DNA of 64,000 nucleotides, taken from IMG/VR virus record IMGVR_UViG_3300047323_000675. The stretch is one strand, 5' to 3'. The notes beneath the pieces were generated by a model. That model saw nothing but the letters and a program-made list of their open reading frames with translations, searched no databases and was not told the origin of the DNA. Positions 1 through 10,245 of this stretch are shown in pieces. Origin of the DNA: a virus. Each line of letters starts with the position of its first letter. The first letter of the stretch is position 1. Made by a program: the position numbers and the translations under genes.

Positions 1-2
1 TT

Positions 3-674
3 TTATATCTTTAATTTTTTATTATTTTTATTTTCTATATTAAGTTCTTTTTTTAACTCTCTAGACATAAAAATAGATTCAATTTGAGAATTAGGAAGTT
101 TTTTTAAATGTCTTTCAATATGTTCTGTTTTTTCTATATTACAATTAAAAACTAAATAGTTAATTAATTCGAATCGTTTATTGTAACAAGCAGATATGAA
201 AGCAGCATCATGATGCATATGTATATCAATTTTTTCTTTCATATCAGGTGAATGAAGAAAATAATCAACAACATTTATACGGCCACCGGAGCAAGCCATG
301 ACAAGAGCATTACAATTATTATCTGCAATAAAAGCATGTTCTTTCAATTCTGATGAAGTCATTAAATATTTCACTATTTCTAAGTGTCCATAACATGCAG
401 CCCACTGTAATGCCTCATTATCTTTAGAAAATATATTAGCATGTTTTTTTAATTCTGGAGATGTAAGAAGATATTTGATAACTTCAAAGTTTCCATGAAT
501 GCATGCTCCTCTTAGACAAACATCTGAATCATAATCTACTTCAGCATTAATGTTCAATTCATTTGTTGTTAATAAATATCTAACAGTATCTAAATCATTA
601 TTTTCACATGCTTGTGCTAAACAATAATTTAAATTATCTAAATTTAAATCTTTAAAGTCTGAATAATAACTCAT
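3..674 (-). CDS. Ankyrin-like repeat protein (array family)
   Basis: ACENNDL/ACIHGNF/ACYGHL repeats; tail NKKLKI. Confidence 0.9.
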   Translation of the reverse strand: MSYYSDFKDLNLDNLNYCLAQACENNDLDTVRYLLTTNELNINAEVDYDSDVCLRGACIHGNFEVIKYLLTSPELKKHANIFSKDNEALQWAACYGHLEIVKYLMTSSELKEHAFIADNNCNALVMACSGGRINVVDYFLHSPDMKEKIDIHMHHDAAFISACYNKRFELINYLVFNCNIEKTEHIERHLKKLPNSQIESIFMSRELKKELNIENKNNKKLKI

Positions 675-1156
675 AATTTAAGTTTTTTTTTCAATGAACC
701 ATTAGAATTTAATTCTTTATGTAATTTTTTTGCTGTTTCTCTTTTTTCAAACATTAATTTAGCTTCTATACAGGCATCTTTAACTTCTTGTCTTACACTA
801 GTATCTGAAATATTTGTGTTTAAATAATATTCTATTTCTTTAGCTAATGGTATATCTAATTCAAATATTAAATATTGGATGGCAGATAATTGAGTATTAA
901 TACATAATGCTTTAAACGGTTGATAATTTTCTGCATGAAGATGAGCATGTTCTGTTAATTCAGGTGATGTTAAAAGATATTGAATGATCTCTATATTACC
1001 TTTTTCACAAGCTAAGATTAAACATGCCTCATCAAAAGCATGAATGTTAGCCTTTATTTCAAGAGTGGGACTTGTTAATAGTCGCTTTATTTCTGGCAAA
1101 TTACCAAACATAGCCTTACTAAATAATTCATTATCAATTTCGCGTTGAGTAGTCAT
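671..1156 (-). CDS. Ankyrin-like repeat protein (array family)
   Basis: LLTSPTL/ACEKGNI repeats; tail KKKLKL; ATGA overlap. Confidence 0.9.
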   Translation of the reverse strand: MTTQREIDNELFSKAMFGNLPEIKRLLTSPTLEIKANIHAFDEACLILACEKGNIEIIQYLLTSPELTEHAHLHAENYQPFKALCINTQLSAIQYLIFELDIPLAKEIEYYLNTNISDTSVRQEVKDACIEAKLMFEKRETAKKLHKELNSNGSLKKKLKL

Positions 1157-1184
1157 ATTTTTATTATATTAATCAATCACTAAT

Positions 1185-1751
1185 TTACAATTTTAATTTT
1201 TTATTTGAATTATATTTATTAGATATTAAATCTTTATTTAAATCGTTATTTATTTTTCTTAATTCAAATATTTGTTCAATTTTTGGATTAGGGTAATTAT
1301 TTAAATACTGATTAATATGTTCAGTTCTAGGAATATTAATTTCTAAGATAAAATAGCTTAAAACATGTAATTGTTTAAGCTGAGCAGCAAATGCAAAAGG
1401 TAAATCATTATCTATATGAATATCTGCATGTTCCATTAATTCAGGTGAAGTTAATAAATACTTGACAATATCTAAATGTCCATATGCAGATGCACATATT
1501 AGCGGCTTACCATTTTTATAATTTATATCAATATATTCTACTAATTCAGATTTATTTAATAAAAATTTAACTAAATCCAAAAATCCTTTCTCACAAGCTT
1601 GTTTTAAGGTATTACCTAGAATATGTGGAAACTCTTCAAAATTATCTAAATCAGGTTTAAGCAACAAATTTTTTATTTTAGGAATATCGCCTATTTGGAA
1701 AGCATTATCTAAACTTTCTTCAATTTCATAAATTAATGATGACAATCTCAT
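1185..1751 (-). CDS. Ankyrin-like repeat protein (array family)
   Basis: ACEKGFL/ASAYGHLDIVKYLLTSPEL; tail NKKLKL. Confidence 0.9.
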   Translation of the reverse strand: MRLSSLIYEIEESLDNAFQIGDIPKIKNLLLKPDLDNFEEFPHILGNTLKQACEKGFLDLVKFLLNKSELVEYIDINYKNGKPLICASAYGHLDIVKYLLTSPELMEHADIHIDNDLPFAFAAQLKQLHVLSYFILEINIPRTEHINQYLNNYPNPKIEQIFELRKINNDLNKDLISNKYNSNKKLKL

Positions 1752-2452
1752 ATTTTAACTTTTTTTTCTTTATTATTTTGCATATTTACTAAATCATTTT
1801 TAAGATCATTTTTTAAATCTCTTACCTCAAACATTTTTTGTAGTTCATGAGCAAATGGTTTTTTAAGTGTTTCTTCAATATAGCTAGTTTTTTCTATATT
1901 TAAATCAAAAATTAGATAATGAGCTAACTCAAGTTTATTATCCTGATTTGAACTTGCTACACTTCTAAAAAAAGAATCTTTATCGTAATGAATATCTATA
2001 TGTTTTTTTAAATCAAAAGAATGTAATAAATAATCAACAATTTCCATATGATTATTATGAAGGGCCATCTTGAAGGCATGACAATTGTATGCATAAATAT
2101 CTGCATGTAGTTTTAACTCAGTAGATGATAGAAGATATTTCACTACTTCAAAATGACCATTTTCACAAGCCGTAGTTAATGGATCACCATGATCAGCATT
2201 AATGTTTGCATGTTGTTTTAACTCAGGAGATGTTAAAAGGTATTTAACTATTTCCATGTGGCCTTTATTACATGCTAAGCGTAAAGCTAAATCATCGCCA
2301 CTATGAATAGATGGGTTTTGTTTTAACTCTTTACTTGTTAATAAATACTGCACATGGTCAATTTGGTCGTTCTCACAAGCATTATATAATGCGGTAACAA
2401 GATTAAATGGTGGTAAATCTTTATATAACTCATATAATTGTGAATTATTCAT
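1748..2452 (-). CDS. Ankyrin-like repeat protein (array family)
   Basis: ACNKGHM/ACENGHF repeats; tail EKKVKI. Confidence 0.9.
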   Translation of the reverse strand: MNNSQLYELYKDLPPFNLVTALYNACENDQIDHVQYLLTSKELKQNPSIHSGDDLALRLACNKGHMEIVKYLLTSPELKQHANINADHGDPLTTACENGHFEVVKYLLSSTELKLHADIYAYNCHAFKMALHNNHMEIVDYLLHSFDLKKHIDIHYDKDSFFRSVASSNQDNKLELAHYLIFDLNIEKTSYIEETLKKPFAHELQKMFEVRDLKNDLKNDLVNMQNNKEKKVKI

Positions 2453-3084
2453 ATTTTAATCCTTTTATGCATCACTTCAACTTTAGAAACTTCTTTATTT
2501 AATTCTTCTTTTATTTCTTTATGTAATCCAATTATTTCATCCCTTATTTTAAACATATGCTCTATATTTTGTTTAATACTTTTGTTATCAAAGTTTATTA
2601 TTTTAGTAATACTTTCCGTTTTAGGAATTTTGTAATCGAGAATTAAATATTCTAAAACCTCCATTCTTTCACAAATATATGCCATCATAAATGGTCTGTC
2701 TTTTGCATAATAAGAAACATTGCCTTTAGCATGAATATCGGAATGTTCTTTTAAAGTTGGTGAAGTAAGAAGATATCTTACCATTTCCGTATCACCATTT
2801 TCACATGCTTGTATTATTGCAAAATCATGTTGAGTGTGGATGCTTAGGTTTTCTTTTAATTCTGGAGAGTTAAGTAAATAATCTATTATATGGTAATGAA
2901 GATTATTTACTGCACAAATTAATGCATCTCCTTCATGACGAAAAATATTAGCATTATAAGGAAGTTCAGGAGAAGTTAAGAGATATCTTACTTTATCTAA
3001 TTCACCACTTTTACAAGCCTCATAAAATTTCTCTTGTAAGGCATTAAGAGAAAGATCTTTATATTCTTTAAATAAAGCATTCAT
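2449..3084 (-). CDS. Ankyrin-like repeat protein (array family)
   Basis: ACKSGEL/ACENGDT repeats; tail HKRIKI. Confidence 0.9.
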   Translation of the reverse strand: MNALFKEYKDLSLNALQEKFYEACKSGELDKVRYLLTSPELPYNANIFRHEGDALICAVNNLHYHIIDYLLNSPELKENLSIHTQHDFAIIQACENGDTEMVRYLLTSPTLKEHSDIHAKGNVSYYAKDRPFMMAYICERMEVLEYLILDYKIPKTESITKIINFDNKSIKQNIEHMFKIRDEIIGLHKEIKEELNKEVSKVEVMHKRIKI

Positions 3085-3866
3085 AATTTTTGCTTTCTAT
3101 TAGCTAGGTTTTTGGATGAATTACAGTTAAGTTCAATATTGAGAATATTATTTAATTCTCTTGCATTAAATAAATTTTTCACCTCAATATCGTCAGTAAA
3201 GTTCAAAATAACTTCTATATCGTAAGTTTTCTCAATATTATATTCAAAGATAAAATAAATAATGACATCTTTTTGCTTTTTTCTACAAGCTGAAATAAAA
3301 GCTTGGTTGATATCATAATTAGTGATATCATTTTTTAGGTATGGTGAATTTAATAAGTAATTAACCATATTTACTTTGTTAGTTGTACATGCTAAATTTA
3401 ATAGAGAACTTGGCTTTATTTCAAAATCATAAATTTCTTTAATCTCAGGAAGGCTATAGATGTAGTTTATAATATCTATATTACCTTTTAAGCAAGAAAC
3501 ATAAAGTGCAGCCTCATTACTTATAGCTAATTGTGGGATAAATTCTGGATGAGTAAGAATATATTTAACAATGTTTAAATGATTATTTTCAGATGCAGAT
3601 ATTAAAGCAGACTCATTATTGATATTTGCTATTAATTCAAAAGCATTAAAACTTAACAAGGATTTAGCAAGTTCAAGATTACCAAATTTGCAAGCCATTA
3701 CAAAAGTTCTATCCATATGATGTTGAATCTTATCTTCTTTTTTAATATGTGGGTGCTGTAAAAGATATTTTACTTTAGTATTATCATTAGCTTTTATTGC
3801 TTCAGATATTTCATTTTCTAATTCTGAGTAAGGTATATTTTTAAGCGATGGTAAATTAAATGGCAT
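3081..3866 (-). CDS. Ankyrin-like repeat protein (array family, divergent)
   Basis: ACKFGNL/ASENNHL repeats; tail NRKQKL. Confidence 0.85.
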   Translation of the reverse strand: MPFNLPSLKNIPYSELENEISEAIKANDNTKVKYLLQHPHIKKEDKIQHHMDRTFVMACKFGNLELAKSLLSFNAFELIANINNESALISASENNHLNIVKYILTHPEFIPQLAISNEAALYVSCLKGNIDIINYIYSLPEIKEIYDFEIKPSSLLNLACTTNKVNMVNYLLNSPYLKNDITNYDINQAFISACRKKQKDVIIYFIFEYNIEKTYDIEVILNFTDDIEVKNLFNARELNNILNIELNCNSSKNLANRKQKL

Positions 3867-3877
3867 ATATTATTAAT

Positions 3878-4207
3878 TTATGCAAAAATTAAATGAGTAA
3901 ATAATTTAGAAAGAACCATGATTATTATTCCCAAAAAAAGACAAAATGAAGCCCATAAAACAGCAAGTTTACGATTTTTTGCCAAAATTGCGAGAGGAAA
4001 TAAACCAAAAATAATAATTCCAATCCCAATTACAATAGACTCCCTTCCTTCTATTAAAATTTCCACATTATATCTAGAAGAATAAGCATAATAGCGATTA
4101 TTAATAATACTTAATAAGCCTGGTAATGCAAAAGCAATACTCATAAGAATTGTAAGGAATTTCACCAACGGGTTTACTGTGTTTTTTTTAACATTTGAAT
4201 CATCCAT
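3878..4207 (-). CDS. Small membrane protein (about 3 TM), hypothetical
   Basis: Three hydrophobic stretches; AAGGAG SD upstream; lacks the array tail. Confidence 0.75.
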   Translation of the reverse strand: MDDSNVKKNTVNPLVKFLTILMSIAFALPGLLSIINNRYYAYSSRYNVEILIEGRESIVIGIGIIIFGLFPLAILAKNRKLAVLWASFCLFLGIIIMVLSKLFTHLIFA

Positions 4208-4249
4208 AGCATAATCTCCTTTTAATTATTGTATTAATAAATTATGTAA

Positions 4250-5146
4250 TTACAACTTATTTTTTTTACTATGGTTATTATTTTTATTTAATTCTTGGTT
4301 TAGTTCTTTATTAATATCTCGCAATTTAAACCAATTTTCTACTTGTATTAATTTTGGTTCATTAATTGGTCTATTAAATAAATAATTATTTATTGATTCT
4401 GTTTTATCCATATTTAAATCAAAAATAAAGTATTGAATTAAGTCTAAATAATCAAAAGAATAAGCCCATTTAAATGCATCATCATTAAATGCATGAACAT
4501 TTGGTTTCTTCTTAATTCTTTGACATGTGCAGAAATATTTAATTAATTCCAAATTATTATTATGTACAACAGTCCTAAATGCTTGCTCATCATTAGCATT
4601 CAAATCTGTATTTTCTTTTAGTTCATTAGATGTTAATAGATAATCTACGATATCTAGATGATTATATTTACAAGCTTCAATAAGAGCATTATTATCTTGT
4701 GCATGGATATTGGCATGTATTTTTAAATCAGGTGATGTAAGCAAATACTTTACAACTTCTAATTGACCACTTTCACAGGCGCGAACTAATCCCTCATCAT
4801 TTTTAGTATTAATATCAATATGTTCTTCTAATTCAGGCGATGTAAGCAAATATTTTACAACCTCTAAATGACCATTTTGGCATGCATCTATAAAACCTTC
4901 ATCTGTCCAAGCATGTATATTTACATTGCCAACAGTTGAAGCTAACTCAGGTGAAGTTAAAAGGTATCGAACAACATTCAATTTACCTGCTGCACATGCT
5001 GAGATAAAACAATAGTAATCATCAGACTTAATATCTGCATGAACTTCTAATTCATTTGAAAATAAAAGATATCTAACAAAATCTAAATCACCATTCTGAC
5101 AAGCAATTTGAAGTTGTTCATTTATTTCATCATATTGATCAGTCAT
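4250..5146 (-). CDS. Ankyrin-like repeat protein (array family, ~7 repeats)
   Basis: Multiple ACQNGHLEVVKYLLTSPEL units; tail SKKNKL. Confidence 0.9.
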   Translation of the reverse strand: MTDQYDEINEQLQIACQNGDLDFVRYLLFSNELEVHADIKSDDYYCFISACAAGKLNVVRYLLTSPELASTVGNVNIHAWTDEGFIDACQNGHLEVVKYLLTSPELEEHIDINTKNDEGLVRACESGQLEVVKYLLTSPDLKIHANIHAQDNNALIEACKYNHLDIVDYLLTSNELKENTDLNANDEQAFRTVVHNNNLELIKYFCTCQRIKKKPNVHAFNDDAFKWAYSFDYLDLIQYFIFDLNMDKTESINNYLFNRPINEPKLIQVENWFKLRDINKELNQELNKNNNHSKKNKL

Positions 5147-5934
5147 ATTTTATTTCTCTTTTGTATGTTATTATCATTATCATTGTCAAGTTCAAATGTT
5201 AATAAATGAGCTAAATCTCTTTTATTAAATAATTCTAAAACACTATTATTGAATTCAATATTATCCCGTTCTTCATCTAGTAAATATTCCATAATGTCAG
5301 AACTTTTAGGGACACTAAGAGAGAAAATAAAATATTTTACAGCCTCTAATTCTTCAACTTCACAACAAGTTATAAATGGCAAATCATTATCAAAACTGAT
5401 ATCAAAATTATCTTTCCATTGTGAATGGAGTAGATAATCAATAAGTTCTACATTACCACTTCTACAAGCATAAACAAATAGATTATTATCTTTTTTTATT
5501 TGCTCACCCCATTTTGGTGAATTAAGAAAATATTTAACAATATTAATGTTCCCAGTATTACAACACTCCTCCATAACTATAGATAATGCTGTAGGAGCAT
5601 GATTAATTGCAATAGGTAAAAATTCCTCAATAGAATCTATATCATCTTGTTTCGCTGCTATTTCCGTAAGTCGAATTGCATATGGTGAAATATTAATAGG
5701 TTTTTTAATTTCTTTTGGGTTAGCTAGAAATTTTATAATCTCTAAATGATCACGGCTAAATGCCATTTTAAATGCTAAATCATCTTCGTAATGAGGATTT
5801 GCATTAAATCTTAATTCAGATGAATTTACGAGATACCTTACACGATCTAAATCATCATTAAGGCAAAATTGGAGAAATGCTTCATTGATTTCTTTTTTGG
5901 ATAAATCTTTAAATTCTTCGTAATAACTATTCAT
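5143..5934 (-). CDS. Ankyrin-like repeat protein (array family, 'PY/KWKD' subfamily)
   Basis: Repeats plus ISPYA and SQWKDNFD motifs; tail QKRNKI. Confidence 0.88.
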   Translation of the reverse strand: MNSYYEEFKDLSKKEINEAFLQFCLNDDLDRVRYLVNSSELRFNANPHYEDDLAFKMAFSRDHLEIIKFLANPKEIKKPINISPYAIRLTEIAAKQDDIDSIEEFLPIAINHAPTALSIVMEECCNTGNINIVKYFLNSPKWGEQIKKDNNLFVYACRSGNVELIDYLLHSQWKDNFDISFDNDLPFITCCEVEELEAVKYFIFSLSVPKSSDIMEYLLDEERDNIEFNNSVLELFNKRDLAHLLTFELDNDNDNNIQKRNKI

Positions 5935-6695
5935 AATTTAATTCTCTTTTTTTCTTGTTTAAAATCTGATTTTAAAGATTGATTTAATTCTTTACTAAGA
6001 AATAAAGTATTAATATATCGGTTAAACTCACAATCATTTTCTTTTAAATACTCATCAATAGGGAAGCTTTTTTCTATGTTTAATTCAAGAATGAAATATT
6101 CAGAAATAGCTATACTTTTACTTTCACAACAGGTTATAAATGGTAAATCATAATCATCATGAACATCAAACTTATCTTTCCATTTAGAATTAAGTAAATA
6201 TTCAATAAGCTCAACATTATCACCTCTACAAGCACTATTAAACAATCCATTATCAATTATGAACTGCTTAGACCAATGAGATGATTCAAGCAAATATTTA
6301 ACTATATCAAGATTTCCAAATTCACAACATTTATGTATAAATAGAAATACTGAGTATTTACTATGTTCAATTGCAATAGGTAGTAAATCCTCTATCCAAT
6401 TATAATCTTTTGTTTGACAAGCTACCTCTAGAAGTTTGATTGAATATGGCCGTATATCAATATAGTTTTTAAGTTCTTTAGAATCGGATAAATATTTAAT
6501 AATATCTGCACTGTTATTTTCTATTGCAGTTCTGAAGGCCATATTACCGTTATACTGAGAATTTGCATTAAACTTTAATTCAGGAGAACTAATAAGATAT
6601 TTAACTCTACCTAAATCGTGATTATAGCAAGCAGAAACCAAAGCTTCATTTAGTTCTTCCTGATTTAAGTTTTTATATTCATTGTAATATTTCAT
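5931..6695 (-). CDS. Ankyrin-like repeat protein (array family, 'PY/KWKD' subfamily)
   Basis: Repeats plus IRPYS and SKWKDKFD motifs; tail KKRIKL. Confidence 0.88.
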   Translation of the reverse strand: MKYYNEYKNLNQEELNEALVSACYNHDLGRVKYLISSPELKFNANSQYNGNMAFRTAIENNSADIIKYLSDSKELKNYIDIRPYSIKLLEVACQTKDYNWIEDLLPIAIEHSKYSVFLFIHKCCEFGNLDIVKYLLESSHWSKQFIIDNGLFNSACRGDNVELIEYLLNSKWKDKFDVHDDYDLPFITCCESKSIAISEYFILELNIEKSFPIDEYLKENDCEFNRYINTLFLSKELNQSLKSDFKQEKKRIKL

Positions 6696-7384
6696 TAGAC
6701 TTTATTTTTCTTCATTTTGAATTCGTTTGAATATAAATCTTTATTAAGTTCTTTATTTAAATCTCTTAAATCAAACATATGTTCTACTCTTTCATTTGGT
6801 AACTCTTTAAGGTGCTGAACAATATATGCACTTTTAGGAATATTTAATTCAAAAATAAAATATCTTATGATATCCAAATGATTATTTTTACAAGCCCAAC
6901 GAAATGCTTCATCTTCATTTTTATGAAGATCTGCATGCTTATTTAACTCAGGTGAGGTTAATAAAAATTTCACAATTTCTAAATGATTATTTACACATGC
7001 CCAAGACAATGGACTACCAGCACACTCTAAATTTATATTTGAATTTTCTTTAAGTTCTTTAGAAGTTAATAAATACTTTACAACATCAAAATGACCATTT
7101 TCACATGCAGTCCAAAGAGCACCTTCATTTTGAGCATGAATATCAGCATGTTCATTTAATTCAGGAGAAGTTAAAAGATATTTTGCAATGTGTAAATGCC
7201 CTTTATAACAAGAGTTTCTAAATGCATAATCTTCACCATAATGTATTTCTGCATTATACTTAATTTCTTTGGATAATAATAAATATTTAACTTCTTCAAG
7301 ATTGCCAATTGAACAGGCATCTACAAAACATTGATTAATACCAAATTGATTAATATATTTATAATCATCATAATAGCTTTTCAT
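6695..7384 (-). CDS. Ankyrin-like repeat protein (array family)
   Basis: ACSIGNL/ACENGHF/ACVNNHL repeats; tail MKKNKV. Confidence 0.9.
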   Translation of the reverse strand: MKSYYDDYKYINQFGINQCFVDACSIGNLEEVKYLLLSKEIKYNAEIHYGEDYAFRNSCYKGHLHIAKYLLTSPELNEHADIHAQNEGALWTACENGHFDVVKYLLTSKELKENSNINLECAGSPLSWACVNNHLEIVKFLLTSPELNKHADLHKNEDEAFRWACKNNHLDIIRYFIFELNIPKSAYIVQHLKELPNERVEHMFDLRDLNKELNKDLYSNEFKMKKNKV

Positions 7385-8106
7385 AATTTATTTTTCTTTT
7401 TTTTAGGATTTTGAAGTATTAATTCACTATTAAGTTCTGTATTTAGTTCCCTCTGTTCAAACATTTTATTTATTTCATTAGTTAAATCATTAAAATCTTT
7501 TGAACTATTTTTTAATACATTTTTAATTATTGGAGTTTTTTCTATATTTAAATCAAAAATTAAACAATGTATTACATCTAATCGTTGTCTACTAAATGCT
7601 GCAATAAATGGTGCATCTTTTTTTGCATGAATATCAGTATGTATTGCTAGATCAGGAGAAGATGCTAAATATTTCATAACTTCAATATTTCCATTACTGC
7701 ATGCATAAATAAAAGGTAAATGATTAGATACACTAATGTCACAATGTTCTTTTAATTCAGGAGAAGCGGATAAATATTTAACTATTTCAAGTTGGTTATA
7801 TTTAGCAGCAAGAATTAAAGCAAAATCATTATTTGTATGAATACTTACTAGTTTTTTTAAACTTGGATTAGTTAATAAATATTTCACAACATGCAAGTGT
7901 CCATTTCGACAAGCACCAAACAAACCAGTTTCTTCATCAAAGTCAAAATCAATTTTCTTTAAAAGAACATCGTTTTCACAAACAAACTTAACTTTTTCTA
8001 GATCACCATTTGCGCATGCTTTTTGCACAACAGCATTTAGATGATGATTTTTCAATGAGAACAAGCTTTGGTATTTATCAGTCATAATAAGATAATTTTG
8101 TTTCAA
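7381..8106 (-). CDS. Ankyrin-like repeat protein (array family); start may be ATG 8085 rather than TTG 8106
   Basis: ACANGDL/ACRNGHL repeats; tail KKKNKL. Confidence 0.88.
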   Translation of the reverse strand: MKQNYLIMTDKYQSLFSLKNHHLNAVVQKACANGDLEKVKFVCENDVLLKKIDFDFDEETGLFGACRNGHLHVVKYLLTNPSLKKLVSIHTNNDFALILAAKYNQLEIVKYLSASPELKEHCDISVSNHLPFIYACSNGNIEVMKYLASSPDLAIHTDIHAKKDAPFIAAFSRQRLDVIHCLIFDLNIEKTPIIKNVLKNSSKDFNDLTNEINKMFEQRELNTELNSELILQNPKKKKNKL

Positions 8107-8111
8107 TACTA

Positions 8112-8139
8112 ATTATATCAAAAACAAATTAGTTTTCTA
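8112..8139 (-). promoter_or_regulatory. Putative internal sigma70 promoter (TAGAAA-N16-TATAAT, extended -10 TGn)
   Basis: Reverse complement reads tagaaa...tgaTATAAT upstream of 7381..8106. Confidence 0.45.
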
Positions 8140-8226
8140 GTTTTTAGTAGTTGTGTACATAGAATAAGAATTAGTATATGATATAGTTTATGTTATTTCC
8201 ATAGAATAAATTGATAGGATGAATTT

Positions 8227-8367
8227 ATGAATGAAACAGACAACCATATTATTAGAGTAATGACTTCTCAAGAAGTTAAGGAGATTCGTTCAAAATTACA
8301 ATTAAGCCAAAAAGATTTTTGCCATCGTTATGGCTTACCTATTGGAACATTTAGGAATTGGGTCTGA
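8227..8367 (+). pseudogene. Truncated XRE/Cro-type helix-turn-helix regulator (46 aa), not in the ORF track
   Basis: Hand translation MNETDNHIIRVMTSQEVKEIRSKLQLSQKDFCHRYGLPIGTFRNWV*. EIR..LQLSQ.DF...YG.PIGT.RNW is an HTH_3-like pattern that stops where WEQGR normally follows. AGGA SD upstream. Confidence 0.7.
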
Positions 8368-8408
8368 AACAGTTAGCATAAAATCTATTCATAATTGTTC
8401 AATAAATA

Positions 8409-8437
8409 TTGACTTATTTCATTATTTAAAGTATTCT
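8409..8437 (+). promoter_or_regulatory. Putative sigma70 promoter of tnpB (TTGACT-N17-TATTCT)
   Basis: TTGACT 8409-8414, TATTCT 8432-8437, 17-bp spacer, 23 bp before the ATG. Confidence 0.6.
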
Positions 8438-8460
8438 AAGCTCATGTTTTTTATTTAATA

Positions 8461-10245
8461 ATGCAAACTACTTTAACTGCTTCTCTAATTGATGATTCTC
8501 ATGCTGATTTTATTAATCAGAAATTAGATCAATTTAATACTTTATTTAATAAAACTAAAAGAAATCTTTATAAAGATATTATTAAATTCTATAGTCAAAA
8601 TAATACCAATAAGCTTTCTACCTCAAAGATTAATCAATTAAAGTCTTCTTATCAAACTATTTTTTGTATTAATTCTAGACATTACAATTCTATTTTTAAT
8701 GACCTTTTGGGCAATATTAATTCTATTCTTGAACTTAATAAAGACTATATTGTTGACACTAAAGATAATATTACATCTTTGTCTAAATCATTAAAATCTA
8801 AACAATCTATTTTAGATAGTCTTGTTAAGAAAATGTCTGCAAAAAATTATATTGAGAATAATATTGATAAAACCAATAAGGATAAGTTAGTTAATAAAAT
8901 TTTCTATCTTAAAAAAAGATTAAATAAAGCTAATAATAAACTAGTTAAATTATTAGATATTGAAAAATCGGGTAATCCCCATTTATGTTTTGGTTCTAAA
9001 AAGTTATTTAATCAACAATTCATGATTAATACTAAAAATAATTTAACTTCATTTAAATTCCAGGAGGATTGGAAGAAAGCTTGGATTGAATCTAGAAATA
9101 GAAATTTTATTTTTATTGGCAGTAAAGATGAAACAGCAGGTAATTCTAACTGTCAAATAAAACATATTGAAAATGATATTTATCAGGTAACTGTTAATGT
9201 TGATCCTAAAGCTACAAAACATAAAGATAAATATATTACTTTTAATATCAAAGTCTATAATGATAAAAATAATTATCTTTTAAATTCTATCAATAACAAT
9301 TCAGAGAAAGATAAATCTAAACATCAAGCTTTAACTTATAGATTTTATAAATATAATGGTAAATATCAGGTATTTATTAGTTTAGATAAAGATAATCAAC
9401 AGCCCAAGATTATTAGTCATAGATTATCTGGAGCTATTGGTATAGATATCAATTCAGATCATTTATCTGTTTCTGAAATTGATAGATTTGGTAATTTAAA
9501 GAAGACTTGGAATATTCAACTTAATCTTAAAGATAAAACTACTGAACAATCTTTAGATAATATTGCTTGTGCTGTGAAAGAAATTACAGATTATGTTGTT
9601 AAAGTAGGTAAACCAATAGTAATAGAAAAACTTAACTTTAATCAAAAGAAATCTGAATTAAAGTCAGGATTTAATAAAAAATATAATGTAATGTTATCAA
9701 GCTTCGCCTATCGTAAGATAATAGAGTTAATTAAAAGTAGATCATTTGACAAAGGTATTGAGATTATTGAGGTTAATCCAGCTTACACTAGTAAAATAGG
9801 CAAATTTAAATATCAAAACCAATATAAATTAACAACCCATCAAGCAGCTAGCTTTGTCATAGCAAGAAGAGGTTTATTGTCTTATGAAAAATATAAAAAT
9901 ATCAGAACAACTAAAATAAATAAAGAAACAAAAATAAAAGCAGAAATTATAGAAAGAAAGCCTGTAACAGTAGTACATAAAGAAAAACCAATTTCTAACC
10001 GTAGGAGTAAATATTATCCTTTTGGTTTACCTGTAAGGAATAGTCAAAAACAAGATGGTATTTATTGGAAAGAAATTGAGCAGAATTATCTCAAAGCGAA
10101 AAAGCATAGAATCGTACTGAAAAGGAAGAAACTTATCCTTGGCAATAATGGCAGTAAATTATTATCAAGAGAAACAACTGTAGTAGCTGATAACTCTGAG
10201 GTAGACCGTGACCTATCCACAAATCTATTATTTCAACCTTTTTAG
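8461..10245 (+). CDS. tnpB: TnpB-related RNA-guided RuvC protein (IS200/IS605/IS607 superfamily), 594 aa
   Basis: RuvC-I GAIGIDIN, RuvC-II IVIEKL, EVNPAYTSKIG, C-terminal HQAASFVIARRG; also FGSKKLF, GSKDETAGN and LPVRN family motifs. Confidence 0.85.
   Translation: MQTTLTASLIDDSHADFINQKLDQFNTLFNKTKRNLYKDIIKFYSQNNTNKLSTSKINQLKSSYQTIFCINSRHYNSIFNDLLGNINSILELNKDYIVDTKDNITSLSKSLKSKQSILDSLVKKMSAKNYIENNIDKTNKDKLVNKIFYLKKRLNKANNKLVKLLDIEKSGNPHLCFGSKKLFNQQFMINTKNNLTSFKFQEDWKKAWIESRNRNFIFIGSKDETAGNSNCQIKHIENDIYQVTVNVDPKATKHKDKYITFNIKVYNDKNNYLLNSINNNSEKDKSKHQALTYRFYKYNGKYQVFISLDKDNQQPKIISHRLSGAIGIDINSDHLSVSEIDRFGNLKKTWNIQLNLKDKTTEQSLDNIACAVKEITDYVVKVGKPIVIEKLNFNQKKSELKSGFNKKYNVMLSSFAYRKIIELIKSRSFDKGIEIIEVNPAYTSKIGKFKYQNQYKLTTHQAASFVIARRGLLSYEKYKNIRTTKINKETKIKAEIIERKPVTVVHKEKPISNRRSKYYPFGLPVRNSQKQDGIYWKEIEQNYLKAKKHRIVLKRKKLILGNNGSKLLSRETTVVADNSEVDRDLSTNLLFQPF

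Noticed and set aside
8227-8367. IS607 serine-recombinase (TnpA) remnant
   Set aside because: The pattern is XRE/Cro-type rather than the MerR-like HTH of IS607 TnpA, and no resolvase catalytic motif follows.
8444-8458. Tiny ORF MFFI at the predicted tnpB transcription start
   Set aside because: Four codons in AT-rich DNA is expected by chance; no evidence of a regulatory role.
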